Source of the DNA: Mytilus californianus | Taxonomy: Eukaryota | Length of the DNA: 64,000 bases | Assembly: GCF_021869535.1 (NCBI RefSeq) | Contig: NW_026262701.1 | Span: forward strand, 8,432,001-8,496,000 | Direction of reading: 5' to 3' | Part shown: positions 1 to 12,150 of the stretch, piece by piece | Layout of the letters: every line of letters starts with the position of its first letter | Position numbering within the stretch: the first letter of the stretch is position 1 | Notes under the pieces: model-generated | Databases searched by the model: none | Seen by the model: the letters and a program-made list of their open reading frames with translations, nothing else | Told to the model about the DNA's origin: nothing | Program-made: the position numbers and the translations under genes

Positions 1-971
1 TGATGTTGTATTTAATGTAAAAGGTAATGTTTGGAACAGTTAAAAAAAGGCTCAGTCAGATTTATTGTTTGTTGTTTGCTTCATGTCCAGTGGCAAATAT
101 TTCATTCATATTCAGAGTGAAAACAAGATTTTACTGTTGTTATGTGAATAAATGAATGAATAAGAAATATCAAGAGAGCACACTTACTTTCTTTCATATG
201 TTTTCCCTTGGAATATAGTCTTGAATAGGATACTAGTGGGGTTAGTACATTTTGAAAATCTTGTACCAGTTTTGAACAAGGAACAAAAGATACAAAATTT
301 TGTACATGAATGAAATACATGTATTATCCCTATTTTCTGTATTGGATATGTTTTGTACCTTTGTTATATCCCCTCTTTAAAGTTGAAGGTTATACTGCAA
401 TCACCTTGTCCATCTCTCCATTCATCAGCCCGTTTAGCCAACAAATATTTTCTTCTGAATTTTTTCAAAAACTACTTACAGCAGCTTGACAAACAAGAGT
501 TGTAAGGTGTTAGCACTTTTGGGCGCTGTGTGATATCTACTTCCAGTTTGATGACATTAATATTTTGATATGTTAAATGAACTTAGAAAATTTGTTGTCA
601 CACTTTCCAATTCTACTAAAGAGAATGACTTCATATTTGACCAGCAGCTTGACTGTGATGTGTAATAGTGTGTGCACTTTCTGTCAGACACCTACTTCTC
701 GTGGTGGTATGGTGAACATGACATAGTGTTTATTCTAATATTGCAAAGTAATTCCTAGATGTTTTCTGGTTTTTAAAAAAGGTAATACCAAATAAGTGTG
801 ACCATTATGGTGAAAATCTTCATGGTATACAAGAAAAATATAGGGCAAAAATATTATTGTTTCACAAAAGGTTACCATGAACTGGATCCAAAAGCAAAGA
901 TCCCACAAATCTGTAAAAGATTAAGATATCGTTAATATACTTAGTCAAGATCAAATGTTGCTTAACAGCAT

Positions 972-1640
972 ATTTGTCGAGCCTTCGACTTTTGTCGAAA
1001 AAGCGAGACATAGCGATCCTACATTCCATGGTCGTCGGCGTCCACAAATATTCACTCTGTGGTTAAAGTTTTTGAAATTTTAATAACTTTCTGAAACTAT
1101 CCTGGATTTCTACCAAACTTGGACAGAAGCTTGTTTATGATCATAAGATAGTATCCAGAAGTAAATTTTGTTAAAAAAAATCCTGTTTTTCCGAATTTTA
1201 CTTATAAATGGACTTAGTTTTTCTGCCAGGAAACATTACATTCACTCTGTGGTTAAAGTTTTTAAAATTTTAATAACTTTCTTAAACTATCCTGGATTTG
1301 TACCAAACATGGACAGAAGTTTGTTTATGATCAAAAGCTAGTACCTAGAAGGAAATTTTTATTAAAATTTTGTACTTGTTTATCCATATTTTACTTATAA
1401 ATGGACTTAGTTTCTCTTCCAGTTAACATTACATACAGTCTGCAGTTAAATTTTTTAAAACATTTATTAGATTCATAAACTATCCTGGATTTTTACCAAA
1501 CTTGGACAGAAGCTTCTTACAATAAAAAAATTGTATCGAGAGGAATATTTTATTGAATTATTTCCTCATCTCATTTTTGTTGAGCCTGCGATTAACAGCA
1601 AAAGTAGGCGAGACACTGGGTTCCGCGGAACCCTTACGAA
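972..1640 (+). mobile_element. Non-autonomous Helentron-associated (HINE/DINE-1-like) element with internal ~190-bp tandem repeats
   Basis: GCGAGACA subterminal motif near both ends (~1003, ~1608); 3' hairpin GGGTTCCGCGGAACCC followed by a T-rich end; three internal copies of a ~190-bp unit starting near 1053, 1243 and 1437. Boundaries approximate. Confidence 0.65.
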
Positions 1641-1849
1641 TTTATTATACTAAGCATAACAAGAAAATGGAAGTGATATTTCATTTATTTGTGAAAAAAA
1701 CGGCCTCAAGTATGAGTTATAGGTCAAAGTGACTGCATAGTGATGTACTGTACAGTAGTAGTGGAATATAAATGTAATAGCAAAGGATTTTGAGAAATGG
1801 CAGATAACCAAAATCACTATAACAGAAAATTAAGATTGTAGTGACCACA

Positions 1850-2720
1850 ATTTTGACGAATGCTTTTGCACAAGTCCAAGGTGACTGCTATAGTGCAATA
1901 TGATTGACAAATGTACCTATTCATAAAACTTAAAAGAGAGGCGAAAGATACCAAAGGGACATTCAAACTCATAAGTCGAAAATGAACTGACAACGCCATG
2001 GCTGAAAAAGAAAAAAAATACTAACAAACAAACAACAGTACACAAAACACAACATAGAAAACTAAAGACTGAGCAACACGAACCCCACCAAAATCTCAGT
2101 GATCTCAGATCCTCCGGTAGGGTAAGCAGATCCCACTTATTATGCGGAACCCGCCGTGTTGCTCATGTTAGTACAAACCCGGTGATAAGTTCAATTCGTA
2201 GGTCACACTCGGGGGGGACGGGACGGGACGGGATTGTAGTAACGACAATTGGAACATATCCGTTGTCATCTGTGAAACGGATATTCCATAACGATCAACC
2301 AACTCTTGATGGCGTCCTGAAAATTCACAAAGGGATGATTTCAACTGCACCGCTTGGAACTCTAGATTAAATAGCTACCTTGTGAGCAGCAACCATCTAT
2401 CAAGGAAATCATGATAGGAAATACAATCCATGGAATATCGTTTCAACTGGGAGTTATATACTCCGTATGCAGGCGCTGCTGGAATGTTGCTACATAGAAA
2501 TGGAAAGTTCACAATTGTGAAGCTGAAATCATCTCTTGTATCGTAAAGTGTTTTTTTTTCAACCGACCCTCATTGTCAATTTCTAGATTTAAGTCAAGAT
2601 ATGAGGCAGACTTAACTGTATCTGTTGTATCCTTTATCTCAAGTTCGATGGGATAAACGCGTTCAATATAGGTCACCAAAAAGAGATCATCATCTATATA
2701 GCGGAAAGTGACTTAACCCA
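1850..2720 (-). mobile_element. Penelope-like retroelement fragment (RT C-terminus plus 3' tail), degenerate
   Basis: ORF 2168-2350 (LKSSLCEFSGRHQELVDRYGISVSQMTTDMF) resembles the RT C-terminus at 11095-11520. Upstream on the minus strand reads KRDDFSFTIVNFPFLCSNIPAAPAYGVY. Confidence 0.75.
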
Positions 2721-5465
2721 ACTAAATAGTGAGTTTGCTTACTCACAGACATGACTGATGTGTCTACATATGTTTCAGCCATATTTTTGGGGTAAATACA
2801 TCTTTTTTGGTTGGGTTTTTGTTAGTCATACCGAGCCATGATTTTAATAGAAGGGAGAACAATTATTAATGATTTAAGACAGTTTAAACAGTTACAGCGT
2901 CTCCTAAAATTACTTCATAAGCATCAACACAAATTATACCTCCACTACAAAAGTTAGGGCTATTTTGCAATCACGTCCGTCCAGCCATCCATTAGTCCAA
3001 ACATATTTTTGTCTTTTTTTCAGGAACCACGGAACGGAACGACTTTACATCTGGTCAGCAGCTTGGTGGTGATAAGTTATGATATGTTAGCACTTTTCGG
3101 GTCTTATCATCAACCTACTTCCTACTTGCTACTTGCTGATACTTTAAATATTTCATATGTTAAATAAGCTTCAGTATTTTTTTCCGTCACACATCTCTCC
3201 AGTACTATTGAACGAAATTACTTCCGTTGAAGAAAGTTCCCCTGGAAATGTTTTTGAACAAATGATGCGAATGTTGCTTTAGATCGGACCAAATATTAAA
3301 GATGAAGTCTATACTTAAAACTGAAGACCATTAGAGTTCCTCAATTCTAAAGTGCAAAATTGGAAATGTTTTCTTGACATGAAGATCTGCCGGCTATGAA
3401 TCTTCGTCAGTCTAGAATTCACATTTCATATTGAACATTGTCCAAAAGATACGAAAACTATGTTTTTTTGTGTGTAAATCACACGATACAACTGCTTGTC
3501 AAGGGAATAAAGTATTGACAATTCACTTTAAAACCCAACGTATACTCGATTTGTACAAAATAGGCAAAACTGAACAATCATGTTAATCTATTTAATGTTC
3601 TTTGACATTTCAACGTAATCTTCCTTCGCAGTGCTGGATAACCAACTTAAATAAATGTTCTTACAAACATATTTTAATGTAATATGATATGTAACACATC
3701 TTTTGATTGGTTAACGTCTGTCGTCAATTCCACGGTCGTATTGAATGTGCATGACATATTTGCCACTGGACGTTAAGCAAGTACCAATCAATTACTCAGT
3801 TCCACGGTTGACGATCGGAGTCATTGGGAACAACATAGCTCGAACTCAGTCAACTGGCAATTCCAGGATATTCAATTGTCTATTTTGTACTGTTTACTAG
3901 TATTGTATTTCTTAGGAATAACATTCCTGTGTTGGAAGAGTTGTCGCCGTCAATTTGGGATGTAATGGTCTCAAATCTCCATAAAACTACATTGGCGATC
4001 GTCACATCACCAATTAACGATGGCAACTCTTCAAACACTTTATTCCTTATTTGCTGAATCTGCCAAATGCTCCATGAACCCCTTTCCTAATTAATAGTAT
4101 ATTGACATCTATCTCATCAGTCATCTAAACTGGGTTTCAAAGTTACTGTCAAACTACCTACTCCACTGGCAGTGTGAATCAATCCAGGTCCGTTCGCCCA
4201 CTTACATAATTGAACTGCATTAGTTCCAAATGTAAAATAATGTCAGATTTAGTGTTTAATTTCTTGATGTAATCTGAACATTATTGCACACTGGTCATAT
4301 GCACCTGTGATCTTATCGATCGTGACTATTGTGTGTTGTATTACAGCTATCAGGTAACTTTTGTATCATACTTCCAAATTACCAATGATCTTCTTTTTGA
4401 CTTGTCTACATGAATCAGTATAGGCACCAACATTGTGATTGTGTATGATTTAACTGCAATCAGATATTTACTTAGTATTTTACTGTGATTTGCTATAATG
4501 TCTAAGGGAGAATATGAACAACTGAAGACGAAGTTATTAATATGATTTATCTTTATTTAGGTCATGGTACATATACTGTACCTTATTTATGATTGAATGA
4601 GGAGATTCCATTACTGACGTCCATAAATATAATATTTGTCAAAACACACGAGATGAAAAAAGCCAAGCTCACGGTAGGTATAGTGTCCGACTGTGATCGT
4701 GGTTTTTCGAGTGATTTGATCGTTTTTTTTCGAGTGTGACCACTTTTTTTCGAGTGAATATGATCAAAAATATAAACAAACAGACTTCCTTTCTAGTAAA
4801 ACGTGAAAAAAGGTGCTAGAACCTTATATACAATATCATAGAAGGTAAATTAGTATTTTTGATAAAAAGATATCAATCCTAAATTATTTTGTTCTAAAAA
4901 CGTTTAATATAGCCTTACAATGCTTTATTCCAAAATATAGATTAAAGCCATTTTTATACACATGCCAATGCAAATGTCAACGGAAATGTGCACATGGAAT
5001 CCATGTATACTTAGATACACACACCCTTTATAAAAATTCTTGTTTTTGCATTGAAAAGGACATTTTGGAGAGTAAATTCATTTTTATATGTCCGTTTTTT
5101 TTCGAGAGCAGTCTGTGTTTTTTCGAGTGTGTCCTTGTTTTATCGAGTGAAAACATAAAATTCCTCTGGCTTAAATGTAATATGTCAGTGCATTTACGTT
5201 TAAAAAACAATGAAAAGGTTCAAATAAGTGCTTTTAAAGCACGAAACAATGCATTAAACCAGTTTGATAACGTACATTTCATAAAAAGTCATCCTTCAGT
5301 TGCATTCAGAAATCTTCATGTTAGTGTAACGATATGGGTTTCATACAGTAAATATTTAGTGATGTAAACAATCTTTATATGAGCTCAGACATAGTGTGTT
5401 AAGCGGGTAAATGTGTTTTTTTTTTACAGAAAATATATCCTTAATGTTTCATTTACTATTTGTCT

Positions 5466-5632
5466 TGATGGAAATATTAGCTATCTTGGTGTAATCAGGA
5501 GTGTACAGAATTTTACACCGGTGTTGAAAATATATACACCTTGAGGCGCAGCCGAAGGTCGTATGCATTTTCAACACCGGTGTAAAATTCCGTACACCCC
5601 TGACTGCACCGAAGTAACGAATTTATATCTTA
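5466..5632. repeat. Long palindrome (foldback) nested in the TIR element
   Basis: Arms GAATTTTACACCGGTGTTGAAAAT / ATTTTCAACACCGGTGTAAAATTC with further imperfect pairing outward; tip GAGGCGCAGCCGA. Confidence 0.85.
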
Positions 5633-6389
5633 TTTAGCGTTCGTTTACTTTTTTTTATTCCTTGGAACAAAATTGAAAAAAAATCTTATGGCCAACTTCC
5701 ACTACACATTTTTCAACACCGACGTTGCAATGCATTTTTCAAAGATTATCTATTTATTTTTTTTTTATTTGAGGAAAATTTGAAAATTTTATTATCTGGG
5801 ATATATTGGAGAAATTTTTTTTCTTCCTTTGGATTTGTTTTTGTTTTTTTTGGCAAAGAATTTCAAAATTTTATTTTTGTTTAAGCCAAAAAAAAATGTT
5901 ATTATTATTTTTTCCAATTTTGGCAAACATTTTTTTTTTTTGGAAATCTTGGCATATTTTTTTTATCCCCTGGTGAACTAGGGTGGGGTGTCATTTACAC
6001 CCGGGTAATTAACCAATCAGATAGCAAAATTCTTGCTTTATAAGAAATGATGTTTTATCGTTCTAGAAATGGAAATCAAGAACAATGTTCAATTGCTCCT
6101 ACTGTGAAGAGGAGTCTGATCAAGCGTATGCTATGCTTGGTCACACAGTAATAAAGCACCAGCATAGCTAAAAAATTGACAATGTATATTTGTGAGGTGA
6201 ACGCATATTATATACACATTTATTCTTTTATTTATAATTATATCAAAAGGATCGTATTGAAGCTTACAGATTATTTATCGTTGTTTATTGAATACATTCG
6301 ATAAGTTCCCGAGTTTATCATCAGCTCAGTAGTCAATACTTCGGTATTGACATGATTTATTTCAAACCTTTTTAAAATTATTTAATTCC

Positions 6390-6660
6390 AAGGGGGCAGG
6401 GGAATCGAAATATGGTCACTTAAGTCCTCTTCCGACCGACCCTTGCCAAAGTGGGACGTCCGTTTGGCTGCATTGGATGCATTGAACGCAGTCACGTCCG
6501 GTCAGAATGGGGCGTGTAGAGAGAGTGCTACGCTCATTGAACGTTGAGAACCCTTGTAACAGCTCTTTGAAGGGCAAAATGTCTGTCCATATCCAACATA
6601 CTCTCATTTTCAGTGGCTGCTAAATTTCCCGACCTTTATCCCGAACGTCTTCCGTTACAG
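6390..6660 (-). repeat. SINE-like interspersed repeat fragment (related to 50300-50870 and 58950-59480)
   Basis: Shares GCAAAATGTCTGTCC with the 50300 copy and CCGACCCTTGCC / GACCTAC-like segments with the 58950 copy. Strand and boundaries are uncertain. Confidence 0.45.
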
Positions 6661-7869
6661 GACCTACTTGTTAGAATTGTCCGTTTATAAATTTATACAT
6701 TATAAACTCGGAGGCTGAGGTTTCAACTCCATCAGGCAAAGTTGACCTTAAATGGATTTGGCTATTTTTTTCGGTCCTTTTGGTCATACAGCATAAAATT
6801 ATAAAGTGTCGTTTTCATTTTTTATTTATATTCCATTCAATTCAAATGTTATTGTAATTACTCTTTAATTGGGAAGGATTGGTCCTCTTTTAGTAGAATA
6901 TTTGGGTTTATATTGAATTTTTCTGATTGTTTACTCTTTTTCCTTAGTTTTCTTGCTCCTATGTTTTTTCGTCACTGTTATAAACTAGAAAAAGTCACTT
7001 TTTAAGGTAAAAAAACGCCTTATGTCTTATTCACATTGTCTTAAAAAAACCCGGACCATTAGTTTAAAAACCCGGACGTTTTAACTGTTGCTCTCGAAAA
7101 AACACGGACAATGCGAAACACTGAAAATTTAAGTTAAATACAACGAAATTGCCGTCTTTTGTGCTCAAAACATGTATAGTATTCAAAATAAGATGGACAG
7201 TCATGAATAAAACTATTATAATTGCGAAGTAGCAGTTAATTGACCTAATATCACTCGAAAAAACCCGATCTACACTAGAAAAAACACGATCTCCGCCGGA
7301 CACTATACCTACCGTGAAGCTGTTTCTTGTTTTTAATTCGTACCTTCATTAAAATAACTAATTTCAAACTTGCTATATAAAATACGGAAATGTGGTAAGA
7401 TTACCAATGAGACATATATCCGCCATTGTTTTAATGATGTTGATGTAAGCAATTATGGGTCACCGTACGTCCTTTTAACAATGAGAAAAACTCATACTGT
7501 ATAGTCAGCTATAAAAAAGTTTACTAAAACAAGCATGGAGAGATCAACCATAAAATTAATAATACCTTATAACAGTTCTAAATATTGATCAACTTACTGC
7601 ATGCCATTAAAATTTATTCTGATTAATTACCAACTTTTCAAAATAAGAAGTTGTGGTATGATTGCCAACGAGTCAACTCTCCATCAGAGATTAGTCTATA
7701 GATGATATACATTAACAATTTTATTTACACGAACGAACTAAATACATGGATTTATAAAAAAAAAATACTAGTACCATTTACATTCAGTACCGAATTAAGA
7801 TGCATTTGAATTTAAAAGGGGGCTGTTACCAGTGTGAATCAGATGTGGATACTAAAAAATCCAAAGATC

Positions 7870-8400
7870 AGTTAGAAAACAAGGGACACAAATGATGCTT
7901 GTATACAGTCACTCTAATACAAACACACAGTTGTCTGGAACTTACACCATTAAGATACTTGATTTATTATAGACATTGTCTTTGTTGATATTGGTGGATG
8001 TTATTTTTTACCACCCAGTCGGTATTCATTAAAAGAACCAACTATGCTCCTCTTTTCTCCGTCTTCCACTTTTATTTTTATAAGACAGACGTCATGTAAA
8101 GACTTCTCGGGAGGAATGAAAAGAAGCTAGCATTATCCTTGAACTTCACATTCTTCTATAAAGATAAAGGCCTCACACTGAATAATTCAAAGTAGGTAAC
8201 TATGTTGATGGCATCTATCTTATTGAAGACATCACAGAACAGTTAGGACTGCTTCATATCTTAACTTGTATTTAGAAATTTACTGTGAGACTCGTTAAGA
8301 TCATTTCAATTTTCCCACTGTGAACTTTCCATCTCACAACATGTAGCAATATCTTTGCTACACTACGTAAAGAGTCTACATATCTAGATTGATACAATAT
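7870..8400 (+). mobile_element. Highly degenerate Penelope-like RT fragment
   Basis: Eroded RT motifs: GGYYFLP..VGIH..KEPTMLL (from GIPMGTNCAPL) and TTTCAATTTTCCCACTGTGAACTTTCCAT (FNFPIVNFP). Many stops. Confidence 0.55.
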
Positions 8401-10640
8401 AAAATTGAGAATGGAAACGGGGAATGCGTCAAAGAGACAACAACCCGACCAAATAGCAGGAAACAGCCCAAGGCCACCAATGGGTCTTCAACACAGCGAG
8501 AAAATCCCGCACCCGGAGGCGGGCTTCAGCTTGGCCCCTAAAAATAATGTATACTAGTTCAGCGAAAATGGATGTCACACTAAACTCCGAAACATATATA
8601 TGAACCAAAATTACAAAAAAACACACAAGACTAACAAAGGCCAGAGGTTTCTGACTTGGGACAGGCGCAAAAATGTCGCGGGGTAAAACATGTTTTGTGA
8701 GATCTCCCCCCTCCCCATCATACCTTAAGCTAATGTGGAATAAACAAACACATAGCAATACGCACTGTAAAATTCAGTTTAAAAGAAGTCCGAGTCCGAT
8801 GTTAGAATAGGTTACACAAGAAATTAAGCAAAATGACAATAATCAACATAGAATAACAAAATACTACTAGCAGTTATTGACATGCCAGCTCCAGACCTCA
8901 ATTAAACTGATTGAAAGATTATGTCTTCATCATATGAAACTCAAGCACAATCCCTCACGTTAGTGGTTTAGTATCATACAATCATAAAATATACGATATT
9001 ATATAATTATAGTATTAGGTCGATATGAGGTTAAATCGACATATGAGAAGCATATTGAATGAGGATAAAGTCCGAGGTCGATATGCTTCTCTAAGTCGAT
9101 ATAACATCGTATTGACCTCTACCAAAGTCTACAATTGTTATATCATTAATCAACAACTATTGCATGAACAATGTAAAATTTGGGATTTCTAGAATGTATT
9201 TTAGTAACATGCTGTATGCCCTGTGCAATATGATGTTTTTGACCTACGAAAAGCTAAACACAAAAGTATTGGTGTGCAAACTGAGTAAATACAAATGTAC
9301 ATGTGATTATGTTTTAACGAATCACAAATCCTTAAAAATATTCGATTAATGATATAAGAACATAACCCGTATCATGTCAACAACTGGTTTTAGAATAAAT
9401 GTGTTTATTTCCGATGCAAAGACCCTATGAGTGAATCAATATTAATTTTAACAAAACGCCATCTTTAATGACCTGCCAACAGTATCGTAACTATATCCCT
9501 TCTGAATAAGTCTGATTAAAGGTTTGGTTAGCTTTTGAGGTGAACGACTACATTTTTGTGCTTTATATAGAATATTAGCATGAAAGATGGGATGTGAAAT
9601 ACCTGAACGTATAAGATGTCTGCACGTTGATTTATATTTACGAATGATGTCCTTGTACTTATGATAAAATTTAGTAAATGTTTTTACAAGTTTGTGATAT
9701 CGAAAACCTTAGTGTAACAATTTTTCAGTAATACAGAGATTTCTTTCGTTAAAATCAAATACGTTGTTACACACACGAGCGGATCGAACAAGTTGAGATA
9801 TATAAACACCATAAGATGGTGCCAAGGGAACGTCACCATCTAAAAATGAATAATTAACAATAGGAAATGAAAATTCATCTCTTTTATCGTAAATTTTAGT
9901 ATTAAGCTTTCCGTCAAAGATATATATATCAAGATCCAGGAAAGGGCAGTGTTCATTGTTAATTAGCATTATTTAAAGTCAGTTCAGCAGGATAACTATC
10001 TTTAGTGTCCATAATGAAGTCGTCATTATTGAGAGCCAATATATCATCCATATATCTAAAAGTATTATTAAATGTTTGTATTAGATGTTGTTTCGATAGG
10101 TCTTTGCTAATTATAGTCATACATTGTAACTTGAAACAATGCAGAAACAGGTCCGCAATAAGTGGTGCACAGTTAGTCCCCATTGGAATTCCGATAACTT
10201 GACGATATACTGAATCTCCATAGCGAACAACAATGTTATCTAGTAAAAATTCAAGTGCAGTTATCGTATCAAAGCAGGTCCAATTGACATAGTTCTTTTG
10301 TTTGTTGTTGTTACTAAAAACGACATAAAAGAGTTTGAACATATATATTCGCCGATGATTCTGACTTTTTGAATGCCCATTTAATAAAGTATGTGATTTT
10401 TCTAAATGAAATTATGAGGCAAGTTGAATATAGGGTAGAAAAATCAAAACTTTGAACAGATTCGCAATCACCAATATGAGGATGCAATTTATCAAGTACT
10501 TCCAACGAATTTTTGACACTCCAAAAATAATTAATTCCAACGTTTTCAAAGGCCTTATTTGAACAATTTATTACCAGGTTTTTGATTGTACCAAGTGTAC
10601 TAGTAAGTAGAATAGACAGTTTAGTGGTGGAACAATAGCT
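8400..10640 (-). mobile_element. Penelope-like retroelement, 5'-truncated, frameshifted RT plus 3' tail, with a nested insertion at ~8995-9355
   Basis: ORFs 9959-10342 (YRQVIGIPMGTNCAPLIADLFL...FRYMDDIL) and 9709-9969 (FLDLDI...KIYDKRDEFSFPIVNY...SYGVYISQLVR). The tail matches the reverse complement of 30420-31030. Confidence 0.9.
8995..9145. repeat. Imperfect palindrome at the end of a ~360-bp insertion within the Penelope-like tail
   Basis: Arms AGGTCGATATGAGGTTAAATCGAC..GAGAAGCATAT and ATATGCTTCTCTAAGTCGATATAACATCGTATTGACCT; tip GAGGATAAAGTCCGAG. The uninterrupted copy at ~30420-30460 lacks this segment. Confidence 0.7.
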
Positions 10641-10979
10641 TGAAGACGAAATAAATCTATATTTGTAAGCCAGTAAATAGTTGGAACTTTCATGTTATTC
10701 GGTTCTGCTTGTAAAGAGGTAGCTAAACGTTTATGTTTGTTACAGATGTCATTTTCCGAAAATTGAGTCAGTTGGAATGTTGGTGAATTCGTGATTTACG
10801 TTTGCAGAACCTCAATATAGAATTTACGTCAAACAATAATGATATTATGGACAGCCTTATCAGCCGGGACAAAAAAGTCCTTGGAGAGTTCTTTTAGCTT
10901 ATGTTTGATACGAGAAATAAGGCAATTATAGTTGTTGTTAGGAGTAAAATGATGTTCATTACTCGTATGAAGCAGAATT

Positions 10980-12150
10980 CATTCAGAACCTTTTTAAAGA
11001 CAAAAAGCAAAAGCACCTTGCAAAATTCTTTAATTTTACTTTCAGATATATTGATGATGTCCTATCACTGAATAACCCATATTTCAGTCAGTACTTGCAT
11101 CTCAAATATCCCAGTGAACTTGAAATTAAGGATACTACTGATACAAGAAAGACTGCTTCATACCTTGATCTTTTCCTCAATATTGACACAGATGGACGAC
11201 TACACACTAAAATCTATGACAAACGGGATGATTTCAACTTCCCAATTATCAATTTCCCAATTCTCAGCAGTAACATACCCTCTGCTTCGTCGTATGGTGT
11301 TTACATATCTCAATTGATACGTTATGCTCGTGCATGTTCACACCATACTGACTTCATATACAGGAGTGTGCTCCTTACGCAGAAACTGACCCAACAGAGA
11401 TATGAGAAGGAAAGGTTAAAACTGACACTTTATAAATTTTATGGACACCATCACGAATTGGTTGATCAATACGATGTGTCTGTGTCTAAACTAACTATTA
11501 ACATTTTTACCACGTCTTAGATTGTGGTTTAACATCTAAGTCGTCTGTCTGCTAAGTACAGAACGTGACCTATTCCCGAATATGACTGTTATACCGAGTG
11601 TAAATTTGCATTGCTATACGACGTAGTGTCTGTCGTTGATGGAAGATGTTCGTCGTTGTTCTGCGGTTTGCATGTTGTGTCGACTATTATATTATTTGTT
11701 TGTGCGTTTCTCTGTGATGAGTGTTCTTGCGTGTGTTTGTGCTGTATTTCTGTCACGTAATGTTGTCATTTTAGCGATATTTTAAACAGTGTCATAAAAG
11801 CGGGAGGTTTGGCTAGCCATAAAATCAGGTCCAACCCACCATTTTTTCTTTAAACGTCCTGTGCGAAGTCAGGAATATGGCAGTTGTTATCAAATAGTTC
11901 GTTTCTATGTATGTTGGCGTTTGTTTTTGTTGCACTTCAGTGTTCCTATTGTTCCTTTGTTTTCCTCTTATAGTTGATGTGTTTCCCTCGGTTTTAGTCT
12001 GTAACCCGGATTTGTTTTCTCTCAATCGATTTATGACTTTTGAACACCGGTATACTACTGTTGCCTTTATTTTTGAGCTTTTGACTTTGCCATTTTATAA
12101 AGGACTTTCCGTTTTGAATTTCCCTTGGTGTTACGTATTTTTGTTATTTT
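10980..12150 (+). mobile_element. Penelope-like retroelement (second family), 5'-truncated RT C-terminus plus 3' tail
   Basis: TFRYIDDVLSLNN at ~11040, then ORF 11095-11520 (YPSELEIKDTT...SYLDL...KIYDKRDDFNFPIINFP...SYGVYISQLIRYARAC), a stop, and a non-coding tail shared with 26500-27735. Confidence 0.9.

Larger units (their letters stand above)
4670..7316. mobile_element. Non-autonomous TIR DNA transposon (CACGGTAGG termini, 5-bp TSD AAGCT; Transib/RAG-like signature)
   Basis: Left end CACGGTAGGTATAGTGTCCG at 4670; exact reverse complement CGGACACTATACCTACCGTG ending at 7316. AAGCT lies at 4665-4669 and 7317-7321. Inward-facing subterminal TTTTTCGAGTG repeats at both ends. No transposase ORF. 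Confidence 0.85.

Noticed and set aside
2211-2233. G-quadruplex motif GGGGGGGACGGGACGGGACGGG
   Set aside because: It is a (GGGAC)n microsatellite within a retroelement tail, and there is no evidence of function.
4670-4710. Full RSS (heptamer-23-nonamer) in the TIR
   Set aside because: After a 23-nt spacer the sequence is TGGTTTTTC, which is the nonamer-like run in the wrong orientation. No RSS-like motifs flank the V exons of A1 or A2, so there is no support for somatic rearrangement.
9709-11520. Functional reverse transcriptase genes
   Set aside because: All copies are 5'-truncated and frameshifted or carry stops.
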